This document shows, in pieces, positions 24,401 to 35,403 of a stretch of 64,000 bases of DNA. Position 1 is the first letter of the stretch. The number at the start of each line of letters is the position of its first letter. The translations under genes were made by a program, and so were the position numbers. The stretch is from contig JAGIQG010000016.1 of the NCBI GenBank assembly GCA_024679065.1, positions 5,332,001 to 5,396,000 of the forward strand. Reading direction: 5' to 3'. The notes beneath the pieces were generated by a model that worked only from the letters and a program-made list of their open reading frames with translations, ran no database searches and was not told where the DNA came from. The stretch comes from Sphyrna mokarran (lineage: Eukaryota).

Positions 24401-24719
24401 ATACTGAAAGGGAAGTTGTCATATCAGAATTTCACAAGAACAGTGAACAGATTAGATCACCACAAAGGGAAGTGGTTTGAACATCCAAGATAAATATATC
24501 CCCCAGTATTAAAAAAAAGCCCTTTGAATAACATTACTTGCCTTTACAGGGATTTTTTTTAAAAAAAAATTGCATGAGTTTCTTTGGTTTAAACAATTAC
24601 CATTTCCCAAACCCAAACACAAGATCGGTAATTATCGACGGCGAACTTTTTCCCTTTCTCATGTGGCAAGGTGCCAACAGTAGCTTGGTTGTCCTATCAG
24701 GAGTTGAAAGAAAGGGGGT

Positions 24720-25070
24720 GGCATGGCGGCACAGTGGTTAACATTGCTGCCTCCCAGTCCCAGGGACCTGGGTTCGATTCCTGGCTTGGGTCACTGTCTG
24801 TGTGGAGTTTGCACATTCTCCTCGTGTCTGCGCGGGTTTCCTTTGTGTGCTCCGGTTTCCTCCCACAGTCCAAAGATATGTGGGTTAGGTTGATTGGCCG
24901 TGCTAAAATTGCTCTTTAGTGTCTTCAGATGCCTAGTTTAGTGGGATTAGTGGGTAAAATATGTAGGGATATGGGGTAGGGCCTGGGTGGGATTGTGGTC
25001 AGTGCAGACTCGATGGGCCAAATGGCCTTTTTCTGCACTGTAGGATTTGTATGATTTTTCTATGATTTCT
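24720..25070 (+). mobile_element. HE1/V-SINE, full length, CR1-type tail (representative of roughly 40 copies/fragments in the window)
   Basis: A box GGCACAGTGGTTA, B box GGTTCGATTCC, V-core TCTGCGCGGGTTTCC...TCCGGTTTCCTCCCACAGTCC, tail GGGCCAAATGGCC...TTCTATG. Similar copies lie at ~6865-7160, 23960-24270, 31860-32150, 32555-32845, 44278-44585, 59810-60140 and 62575-62875. Confidence 0.9.
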
Positions 25071-25664
25071 AAATAGGCTTACATTAACACTGCAATGAAG
25101 TTAGTAAGAAAATCCACTCATCCCCACACTCGGGTGCCTGTTCGGGTACACTGAGGGAGAAATTAGCACGGCCAATGCATCTAACCAGCACATCCTTCGG
25201 ACTGTGAGAAGAAACCGGAGCACCCGGAGAAAACCCACGCAGGCACGGGGAGAATGTGCAGACTGTACACATTCCAAGCTGGGAATCAAACCCGGCTCCC
25301 TGTGCTGTGAGGCAGCAGTGCTCAGCACTGTGCCACCCCAACTGTTGAGGTGGCATTCAAACCCACCTCCACAGAACGTTAGCTGAGTTTCTGAATTAGT
25401 AATCTAGCGGTTAAACCACCAGGCTACCGCCTCCACAGATGCGATCAAAAGCGTCGGACAGTCTTTTCATTGTGCAATGTCTGGCGTCTGAATCAGGCAG
25501 TGATGAATAACCTCTTCCGTATCTTGTTCAGAAAAGCCAGCTCCGATCTGTTTGCACTTAACACATTCCTCACTCTGTAAATTGGAAATCCCCAGAGTCA
25601 GTTTTGAGAATGCAGAGAACTCTGGAAGTAGAAACCCTCAAAGGTGATAACAAGGGGTAGAAAT

Positions 25665-27790
25665 GTCATAGAGTCAGAGATTTACAGCATGGAAAGTTCT
25701 CCTCAACTTGTCCACATCGCCCCTTTTTTTTAACCCGTTAGCTGGTCCCAATGCCCTGTGTTTGGCCCATATCCCTCTATATCCATCATATCCATGTAAC
25801 ACATTTTAAAAGACAAAATTGTACCCGCTTCTACTACTACCTCTGGCAACTTGTTCCAGGCACTCACCACCCTCTGTGTGAAAACATTGCACCTCTAGAT
25901 CTTTTGTATCTCTCTCCTCTCACTTTGAACCTATTCCCTTTAGTTTTAGACTCCCCTACCTTTGGGAAAAGATATTGATTATGTAGCTGATTTCTGCCCC
26001 TCATTATTTTATAGACCTCTATAAGATCACCCCTCAGCCTCCTACACTCCAGAGAAACAAGTCCCAGTCTAACCAGCCTCTCTTTATAACTCAATCCTGG
26101 TAGCATCCTAGTAAATCTTTTCTGCACTCTTTCTAGTTTAATAATATCCTTTCTATAATAGGGAGACCAGAACTGCACACAGTATTCCAAGTGTGGCCTT
26201 ACCTATGTCTTGTACAACTTCAACAAGACGTCCCAACTCCTGTATTCACTGTTCTGACTGATGAAACCAAGCATGCCGAATGCCTTCTTCACCACTCTGT
26301 CCACCTGTGACTCCACTTTCAGGGAGCTATGAACCTGTACCCCTACATCTCTTTGTTCTGTAACTCTCCCCTTCGCCCTATCATTAACTGAGTAAGTCCC
26401 GCCCTGGTTCAATCAACCAAATCAACCTTGCGTTTGTCTAAATTAAACTCCATCTGCCATTCATCAGCCCACTGGCCCAATTGATTAAGATCCCATTGCA
26501 ATTGGAGATAAACTACCTCACTACCATCAATCTTGGTATTATCTGCAAGCTTATTAACCAAGCACACTAATAATTAATATTAATGACAAATAATAATAGA
26601 CCCAGCGCTGATCACTGAGGCACACTGCTGGTCACAGGTTTGCAGTTTGAAAAGCAACCCGCTAGAATCATCCTCTGCCTTCTATTATCAAGCCAGTTTT
26701 GTATCCATTTAGATACCTCACCCTGGATCCCGTGAGATTTAACCTCATGCAATAATCCACTATGTGGTACCTTGTCAAAGGCTTTGCTAAAGTCCATGTC
26801 GACAACATCAACTGCACTGCCCTCATCTACCTTCTGGATTACCCCTTCAAAAAAACTCAATTAAATTTGTGAGACATGATTTTCCACTCACAAAGCCATG
26901 CTGACTGTCTCTAATCACTCCTCGCATCTCTAAATGCCTGTAGATTCTGTCTCTCAAACTATCTTCCAACAATTTACCCACCACAGATGTGAGCCTCACT
27001 GGCCTGTAGTCCCCAGGCTTTTCCCTGCAGCCCTTTTTAAACAAAGGCACAACATTTGCCAAATCCAATCTTCAGTCACCTCACCCGTGAATATCGATGA
27101 TTCAAATATCTCGGCTAGGGGACCCATAATTTCCCCCCGGCCTCCCACAATGTCCTGGGATAAACTTCATCAGGTCCCAGGGATTTATCTGACTTGATTT
27201 GCTTTAAGACTTCCAGCACTTCCTTCTCTGTTATATGTACGTTCCTCAAGACATCACTATTTATTTCCACAAGTTCCCTAACATCCCTGCTTTTCTCAAC
27301 GGTAAATACTGATGAGAAATATTCGTTTAGGATCTCACCCATCTCTTCTGGATCCGCACATAGATGACCTTCTTCATCCTTAAGAGGCCCTACTCTCTCC
27401 CTTGTTACTCTTTTGTGTTTTAGGTATTTGTAGAAGCTCTTTGGATTCTCCTTTGCCTTATCTGCCAAAATAATCTCGTGTCCCCTTTTTTTATCCTCCT
27501 GATTTCTCTCTTAACTCTACACCCCCTATACTCTTCAAGGAATCCACTTGATCCAAGCCGCCTCTACATCTGATGTGTCTCTTTCTTCCTCTTGACCGGG
27601 GCCTCAATAACCCAAGTCATCCAGGGTTCCCTATTCCTGCCAGCCGAGCCCTTCACTCTAAGAGGGTTACAATGAACACTGCCCCTTTTGAAAGCCTCCC
27701 ACTTATCAGACACCCCTTTGCCTTCTCACAGGCTCCCTGAGTTAACTGTTGAAAGTTCCTTCCTGGTCCCACTAAAATTGACCTTGCCCC
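25665..27790 (-). mobile_element. CR1 LINE, ~2.1 kb, degenerate ORF2 (RT)
   Basis: Broken ORFs give [35 protein letters not shown] and [10 protein letters not shown]. Confidence 0.92.
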
Positions 27791-28669
27791 GTGCGAACCT
27801 TCGATTAAACTTATCAGGGGAGAGATGATGACTGAGTTCCTGAGACACCTCTCATGTACTGTAATGTAGATCATTAGCTAAACTCTTGCATTTGTTCCAT
27901 GTACAAAAACAGAATTGTTCTAATTTCCACGGGCCATTTATTATTTGTGGCCTGGTTAACAATTTTAAATCGTTGAAGGCTTGTAAACCACGAGTTTTAT
28001 GAACAGTTTCATGTGATGTTTGTCTGGCAACGTCAAAGTTTAATTAATGGTCACAGGTAAGGCTTACATTAACAGCGCAATGAAGTTACTGTAAAATTCC
28101 CCCACTCGCCACACTCCGGCCCCTGTCCAGGTTAATGCACCTAACCAGCACGTCTTTCAGGTCGTGGGAGGAAACTAGAGCCTTCAGAGGAAACCCGCGC
28201 AGACACGGGGAGAACGCGCAGACTCCACGTTGACCCAAGGTTAGAATCGAACCTGGGTCCCTGGCGCTGGGAGGAGGAGGCAAATTGTTGTGCCGGCACG
28301 CCATCCCTATTTGGAATGTCAACTAAGGATGGCGTGATAGCACGATGGTTAGCACTGCCTCCTCACAGCGCAAGGGACCCAGGTTCGATTCCATCTTGGG
28401 TCACTGTCGATGCGCGTTCTCCCTGTACCTGCGTGGGTTTCCTCCCAACCTCCAAAAATTGGAATTTAGGCAGCTGGGCCATGCTAAATTGTCTCTTCGT
28501 GGTCCCGAGATGTGCGCAGTAGGTGGATTTGCTCATTTGGGGTTACAGGGGTAGAAGGGGAAGGGGAGGGTTGTGCAGTTTGGAGAATCAGGGCAGTTTC
28601 AATGGGCCAAATAGCTTCCCAGTCTCCTTCAGCACTGCAAGGACTCTGCGAATACAGGTTTCCCTCATC

Positions 28670-29520
28670 TCATCCTCCCTGTCCCCAGTCTCGGCCAGAG
28701 TAGTTCACCGTGAAGGGAGGGCGATCGGGATCCCTCAGAGGGGCAGGGGGTGCAGGAAGGGATGCTCCCTGGGCATTTGCACCATGGCAGTGCTGGCCTG
28801 TGCTACCAATGGGGCAAAGTGCCAATGCCCGGGGTGCAACTTGGCACTGCCCACCAGGCATGGAGCAGTGCCATGGGCCTGGAGCAGCTGAGAGCAGACC
28901 CTGATGGGAAGGGGCCTAGCTGGGAAGGCCCTAGGGGGCGATCGGTGCGGGGGGTCCCACTGCCAGTTGAGCAAAGAGGGAGGCCAGCAACTGGGGAGGG
29001 CTGTAGGGGGGGCAGTCAGCAGGATGGGCAGCTTGCCAGTGGGAGTTGGCACTGCAGAGGGGCAGAGTGGGTTACTTTTGGTGGAGGGGGGAGGAATAAA
29101 ATAATAAGGGGGGGAGCTGGAGATCCCGATGGCCTGAGGAGGGGTGAAGGATTGGGGCTGAGCCTGGGAACGGTTAAGAGGCCAGTGAGTGGGCTGTGGG
29201 GGGTGGTGGAGAGCTGGCATTGAGGGGTTCGCGGGGCTGGCCAGCGATTGGGAAGTCATTAGAGTGGGGCAAGGCACCGATCTCAGCACCAACAGATCAG
29301 CACATGCGCAATGGACCCCTCAGCACGTTGATATCAGCCTCTCTGTCGGGAATAGGCCCTGCCTCCTGAAATGTAATGATAGTCATCACACTGGTGGCCT
29401 CTGCAGTGCAGCAGTGTGCGGGAGATTCTTCCCTGAACTCCCACTGAGAAAAACAGCGTGAATTACTCCACTTTTCCCATGAATTCAACGCTTAGAATTC
29501 TTTTGGCAGAATTCCGGCCG
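28670..29520. repeat. GC-rich interspersed repeat, unclassified
   Basis: Abrupt G-rich composition with recurring GGCA/TGCC words and an end resembling other AGAATTC(C/T)GGC termini in the window. No coherent ORF. Confidence 0.4.
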
Positions 29521-29770
29521 CGTTTTTCAGAAGCGGAGTTTCAAAGGGTAAGTTGTTCGTGTGTTCGAAGAGGGTCACAAAATATTACAACGGCTCCGCC
29601 TGGTGGCTCACGGCCGAACAACAAGGAGACAACCTCCATTCATTCTGAATATCAAGGTGAAAGTGTGTAGCACGGTATCACAGTGGTTAGCATTGCTGAC
29701 TCACAGTGCCAAGGTCCCACATTCAAATCCTGGCTTTCCTGTGCGGGGATTGCATATTCTCCCCATGTCA

Positions 29771-30427
29771 TAGGCAGTCAAGTGGATAAAGTTGTTAAGA
29801 AGGCTTATGGAGTCTTAGCTTTTATTGGTAGGGGGATTGAATTTAGGAGCCGCAGCATCATGTTGCAGCTGTACAAAACTCTAGTGCGGCCGCACTTGGA
29901 GTATTGTGTGCAGTTCTGGTCGCCACATTATAAGAAAGATGTGGAGGCATTGGAGAGGGTACAGAGGAGGTTTACTAGGATGTTGCCTGGTATGGAGGGC
30001 AGGTCCTATGAAGAGAGGTTGAAGGATTTGAGGTTGTTTTCGTTAGAAAGGAGGCGGCTAAGAGGGGATCTTATTGAAGCATATAAGATGATTAGAGGTT
30101 TAGATAGGGTGGACAGTGATAGCCTTTTTCCTAGGATGGAGAAAGCTAGCACGAGGGGACACAGCTTTAAATTAAGGGGTATGAGTTATAGGACGGATAT
30201 CAGAGGTAGGTTCTTTACTCAAAGAGTGATTAGGGAGTGGAATGCCCTGCCTGCAGCTGTTGTAGATGCGCCAAGTTTGGTGGCGTTTAAGAGGTTAGTT
30301 GATAAGTATATGGAAGAGAAGGGAATGGTTTAGTTTGGAGGGGCATTGCTTTTTATTTTGGTCGGCACAACATCGAAGGCCGAAGGGCCTGTTCTGTGCT
30401 GTATTGTTCTATGTTCTATGTTCTATG
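29771..30427 (+). mobile_element. Young 5'-truncated CR1 inserted into an HE1 SINE
   Basis: Open ORF2 C-terminus and (TTCTATG)n tail. The SINE sequence resumes on both sides (ccccatgtc / tctgtgtg). Near-identical to the copies at 37821-39544 and 51637-52806. Confidence 0.92.
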
Positions 30428-31049
30428 TCTGTGTGAGCTCCTTCCTGGTGCTCCTGCTTTTCTCCCACTCTCCGAAAGATGTGCGGGGTAGTTGGATTGG
30501 CCATGCTAAAGCACCCCTTAGTGTCAGGGCCACTAGCTAGGGTAAATGCATAGGGTCATGGGGATGGGGCCTGGGTGAGATTGTTGTTGGTGCAGACTTG
30601 ATAGGCCAATTGGCCTTCTTCTGCATTGCAGGGGTTCTACGATAACTGTAGGTTTATTCCGAAAGACTGCCAGGGACCTGGGTTCAATTCCCGGCTTGGG
30701 GTACTGTTTGTGTGGAGTTTGCACATTCTCCCCGTGTCTGCATGGGTTTCCGCCGGGTGCTTCCCACAGTCTGAAAGACGTGCTGGGTAGGGTGCATTGG
30801 CCGTGCTAAATTCTCCCTTGGTGTACCCGAACAATGGAGTGTGGTTAATAGGGGATTTTCACAGTAACTTCATTGCAGTGTTAATGTAATCTGACACTAA
30901 TAAATAAACGATAGACATTTTGCTTCAGCAGCTGCATTGAGACATTTTATTTGTCTCAGCTTTTCAAATTTTTGACAAAATATATACTTTCTCTACAACG
31001 GTAATCAATAAAATATTTTTATACGTTAACAGAATAATTGTATTATTAA

Positions 31050-31425
31050 AGAAGGAGGTGAGGGTGGGATATGAAGTGGGGGCAAAAAGGGGAAGGAGAG
31101 GGAACAAGTGGGAAGGAATGGGGTAGGAAGAGGATGGAAGGGGGAAGGGAGAGGGAGAAGATAAGGGGGACAGGGAAGGAGAGAGCAGAAGGGGAAGGGG
31201 GAGAGTGGAGGTAGGGATTGGTGAATGGTGAAAATAAGGAGATTGGGATGGGGAAAGGGCAAAGGTGAAGGAGAAGGGAGAGGGGACGAAGGGGGAAAAA
31301 TGGGATGAGGCAGAGGGAAGGGTGGTAGGGATGGGGAAACTGGGAGGGGAAGGGAGAATACGGAAGAGAGAGGGGGTAAGGCAAGGGGGCAATAGGGGAT
31401 GGGACAGGAAGGAGAAGAGTTTGGA
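31050..31425 (+). repeat. Polypurine (G/A-rich) low-complexity tract
   Basis: Strongly purine-biased GGA/GAA-rich run. Confidence 0.85.
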
Positions 31426-32477
31426 CGGAAGATCTCTGCATTTTACATGTAGCCTATAATGAAGCCTCAAAAAGAACTTCAGTTAAAAGCCAAGCTAAAA
31501 GCATAATGGTGCAATATAACTCCAGATTTTCAACCTGCCCTGGATTCTGTAATATCTATCAGCCAGATAATTTACATCAGCTTATAGCAGGCATGTTATC
31601 TTAAGGAATATATTCCCCTAGAGCATATGAGCTAGCCAAATTGCAAACTTCCCATGATAAAAGTAGGCTTCTAAGGATCAATACTACATTGGGGGGATTC
31701 TTAAAATTGGGGTAAATGCACCTTAAAATAGATAGCAAAATCCAAATTGGACTTGTTGGGATGGTCAAGTGGTCGAAGACACCAGATTCAAGGATTCAAT
31801 CCTTCCCATTGAGGGCTGGGTGTTCTGTTCTCTGCCTGGATCATTTCTGACATTACTTTTGGGTGGCACAGTGGTTAGCATTGCTGCCTCACAGTGCCAG
31901 GGATCCGGGTTCAATTCCCGGCTTGGGTCACTGTCTGTGCACATTGTCCCTGCTTCTGTGTGGGTTTCCTCCCAGAGTCCAAAGATCTGCGGGTTAGGTG
32001 GATTGGCCGTGCTAAATTGCCCCTTAGAGTCAGGGGAATTAGTGGGGCAAATTTGTACGTCTGTGGGAATAGGATCTAGGTGGAATTGTACTCAGTGCCA
32101 TCTCAATGGACTGAATGGCCTCCTTCTACACTTCGGGGATTCTGTTCTACGATTCAGCTGAAATTTATTCCAGACACAAACCCCCAGCTTGTTATCTATG
32201 AACCCAGTTGTTCTATTACTGGAATTATTGACCATAACAAAATTAAAAAAAAAACATTTTTTTCCGTGCATTATACATATATGTTGAGCATCATGTCAAA
32301 ACATTTACTAAAAAGAATATCTGTTGCCTCTCATCACTGTAGCTAGACCAGGAAAAAAAATGCAAATAAAAAAGGGTTAAAAACTCACTCATCATCAGTG
32401 TAAGTAATTGAGACAAGGGAGAGAGTGTAATTTAACTCTTCAACGCCAGCATTTTTGAAAGCAGAATGCGATGTTTA

Positions 32478-32545
32478 AATATGGCGCGCTTCCAGCGAGC
32501 ATTTCCACGTCACTTCCTCATTATCCCAGCGCGCACGTGCAGTGC
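32478..32545. promoter_or_regulatory. Promoter-like motif cluster (ETS-CRE composite, E-box, YY1-like)
   Basis: ACGTCACTTCC at 32507-32517, CACGTG at 32534-32539 and AATATGGCG near 32478, in a small CpG-rich patch of non-repetitive DNA. Confidence 0.4.
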
Positions 32546-33261
32546 ACAGTGGGATGGCACGCTGGCACAGTGGCTAGCACTGTTGCCTCACAGGGCCAGG
32601 GACCCGGGTTCAATTCTGGCTTCGGGGTCACTGTCTGTGCGGAGTTTGCACGTTCTCCCCATGTCTGCATGGGTTTCCTCCCACAGTCCGAAAGAGGTGC
32701 TGGTTAGGTTGACTGGCCATGCTGAATTGACCTGAGTGTCAGAGGGATTAGCAGGGTAAATTTGCGGAGTGATAGGAATAGTTCCTGGGTGGCATTGTGA
32801 TCGATGCAGACTCAATGGGTCAATGGCATTGGAGGGATTCTGTATGCACAATGAACTTAAAGCTAGGATTCAGACTGGAAGTTCTGGATCATTGTGATAA
32901 CAATGAGTACTGTTGAATGCGGTACTATAGATGATTTAACGGTTTTTTTATACAGTGGTCATTGAGCAATGGAATGCACACAAAATATTATGCATCGAAA
33001 GTGCCTTTTAATCCAAAGCAAAGAATGGAATGGGGGAAACTTCCAATCCGGGCTTTGCTTTCTGAGGCTATCGCGAAAATTCTCCGACCTCATCCGCAAT
33101 CCCAGTCCCACTGCTATAAATGGAACGCGGAATTCTTGCAATGCAAAAGGAGGCCATTTGGCCCATCAAGTCTGCACCGACCGCAATCCCACCCAGGTTC
33201 TATCCCCATAACCCTGCACTTCTACCCTGCTAATCCCCCGGTTACTAATGGTTAGTTTCCC

Positions 33262-33655
33262 ATGGTATAATCGCTGGATTATTAACCCAGAAATCCAGCT
33301 AACGTTCTGGGGACCCGGGTTCGAATCCGGCAGATGGTGAAATTTGAAATTGGAATTTGAAAAAAATTCCAATTCCAATATATCTGGAATTAGGAATCTA
33401 CTGATAGCCGTGAAACCATTGTTAATAGCCGGAAAAACCCATCTGGTTCACTAATGCCCCTTAGGGAAGGAAGTCTGCTGTTCTTACCCGGTCAAGCATG
33501 ACCGGGTAAGACCATGCCCGGTCGACCATGTTGCTGTGACTCCAAAGTCACAGCAACATGGTCGATTTTCAACTGCCTCTGAACAAGCTCAGCCAGGGAT
33601 GGGCAATAAATGCTGGCTCAGCCAATGATGCTCATGAATGAATTTAAAAAAAAAA
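33262..33655 (+). mobile_element. Second-family tRNA SINE copy carrying three perfect hairpins
   Basis: Aligns with 61960-62306. Inverted repeats at 33348-33374, 33482-33511 and 33522-33565. Confidence 0.8.
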
Positions 33656-34020
33656 ATTCAATCTAACCCACACATCTTTGGACTGTGGGAAGAAACCGGA
33701 GCACCCGGAGGAAACCCACGCAGACACGGACACACTATACGCAAACAGTGACCCAAGCCGGGAATCGAACCCAGGGCCATGAGGCTGTGAGGCTGCAGTG
33801 CCAACCACTGTGCCACCACTGAGGGCCAAATCCTTTGCCACACTGGCAGCAGTAAAGATTATTTCAAGTTTTGTTATTAATGTCACAATTGAGACATTAA
33901 CACTGCAACAAAGTTACTGTGAAAATCCCTTAATCCCCACACTCCGGCTTGGGTACACTGAGGGAGAATTTAGCATGGCCAATCAGCACGTCTGTGCTGA
34001 TTAGACTGTGGGAGGAAACT

Positions 34021-34863
34021 GGTGTGTGTGTTATATGCAGTGTTTACACTAACCGATGTGTGTGTTATGTACTGTGTTTACACTAACCGGTGTGTGTGTT
34101 ATGTGCAGTGTTTACACTAACCGGTGTGTGTGTTATGTGCAGCGTTTACACTAACCGGTGTGTGTGTTATATGCAGTGTTTACACTAACCGGTGTGTATG
34201 TTATGTGCAGTGTTTACACTAACCGATGTGTGTGTTATGTGCAGTGTTTACACTAACCGGTGTGTGTGTTATGTGCAGTGTTTACACTAACCGGCGTGTG
34301 CGATATGTGCAGTGTTTACACTAACCAGTGTGAGTGTTATGTGCAGTGTTTACACTAACCGGTGTGTGCGTTATGTGCAGTGTTTACACTAACCAGTGTG
34401 AGTGTTATGTGCAGTGTTTACACTAACCGGTGTGTGTGTTATGTGCAGTGTTTACACTAACCGGTGTGTGCGATATGTGCAGTGTTTACACTAACCAGTG
34501 TGAGTGTTATGTGCAGTGTTTACACTAACCGGTGTGTGTGTTATGTGCAGTGTTTACACTAACCGGTGTGTGTGTTATGTGCAGTGTTTACACTAACCGG
34601 TGTGTGTGTTATGTGCAGTGTTTACACTAACCGGTGTGTGCGATATGTGCAGTGTTTACACTAACCAGTGTGAGTGTTATGTGCAGTGTTTACACTAACC
34701 GGTGTGTGTGTGTTATGTGCAGTGTTTACACTAACCGGTGTGTGTGTGTTATGTGCAGTGTTTACACTAACCGGTGTGTGTATTATGTGCAGTGTTTACA
34801 CTAACCGGTGTGTGCGATATGTGCAGTGTTTACACTAACCGGTGTGTGTGTGTTATGTGCAGT
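34021..34863 (+). repeat. ~34-bp minisatellite (ccggtgtgtgtgttatgtgcagtgtttacactaa)n inside an HE1 SINE
   Basis: About 25 near-identical units whose length varies with the GT count. The SINE core resumes at 34864. Confidence 0.95.
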
Positions 34864-35223
34864 GAGGAAACCCATGCAGACACGGGGAGAATGTGCAGAC
34901 TCCGCATAGACAGTGACCCAAGGACGGGAATCGAACCCAGGTCCCTGGCGCTGCGAGGCAGCAGTGCTAACTACTGTGCCACCATGTAGCGGGGTTTACA
35001 CGATCGGAGAATTCCAGCCTGTATCATTGCATGAAGAGCACAGAATAGGAAAACAGGACATAAATCCGGAGGGAGCAGTGCTGATTGTGGCCCATTGCTT
35101 GCCCGATATTCCTGCATTTTAACAGTCAGCCAGAGGAACAGGAGGAGGATTACACAAGGCAAGATGGATTTCAGACAGAACACAAGCTCACGTACATGTA
35201 CATACATGTAGAAATTCACAGGG

Positions 35224-35229
35224 TTTATT
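35224..35229 (-). promoter_or_regulatory. Candidate polyadenylation signal of gene B
   Basis: AATAAA on the minus strand about 57 nt after the stop codon. Confidence 0.5.
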
Positions 35230-35286
35230 ACACAGATGCTGTAAACCATTTTTAAAAGGGATTACACACAAGGCAAAAGGCCGCTG

Positions 35287-35403
35287 TTAAGTTTCGCTGC
35301 ACTTCACAGAGGCGTACACAGTCTCCTCCACGTTTTCCCTTTTTGATGAAGCTTTCGCCAGTACATTCAGATCCAGCGTCGCATAAACCATCCCCTGTTC
35401 GAC
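35287..35403 (-). CDS. Gene B terminal exon: [38 protein letters not shown]
   Basis: Acceptor ctttttcaacag, phase 0. Two YxxL/V motifs 23 residues apart, then TAA. Confidence 0.88.
   Translation of the reverse strand, partial: VEQGMVYATLDLNVLAKASSKRENVEETVYASVKCSET

Noticed and set aside
24720-24790. tRNA-like A/B-box sequences throughout the window
   Set aside because: They are SINE heads fused to V-core or other SINE bodies, not tRNA genes.
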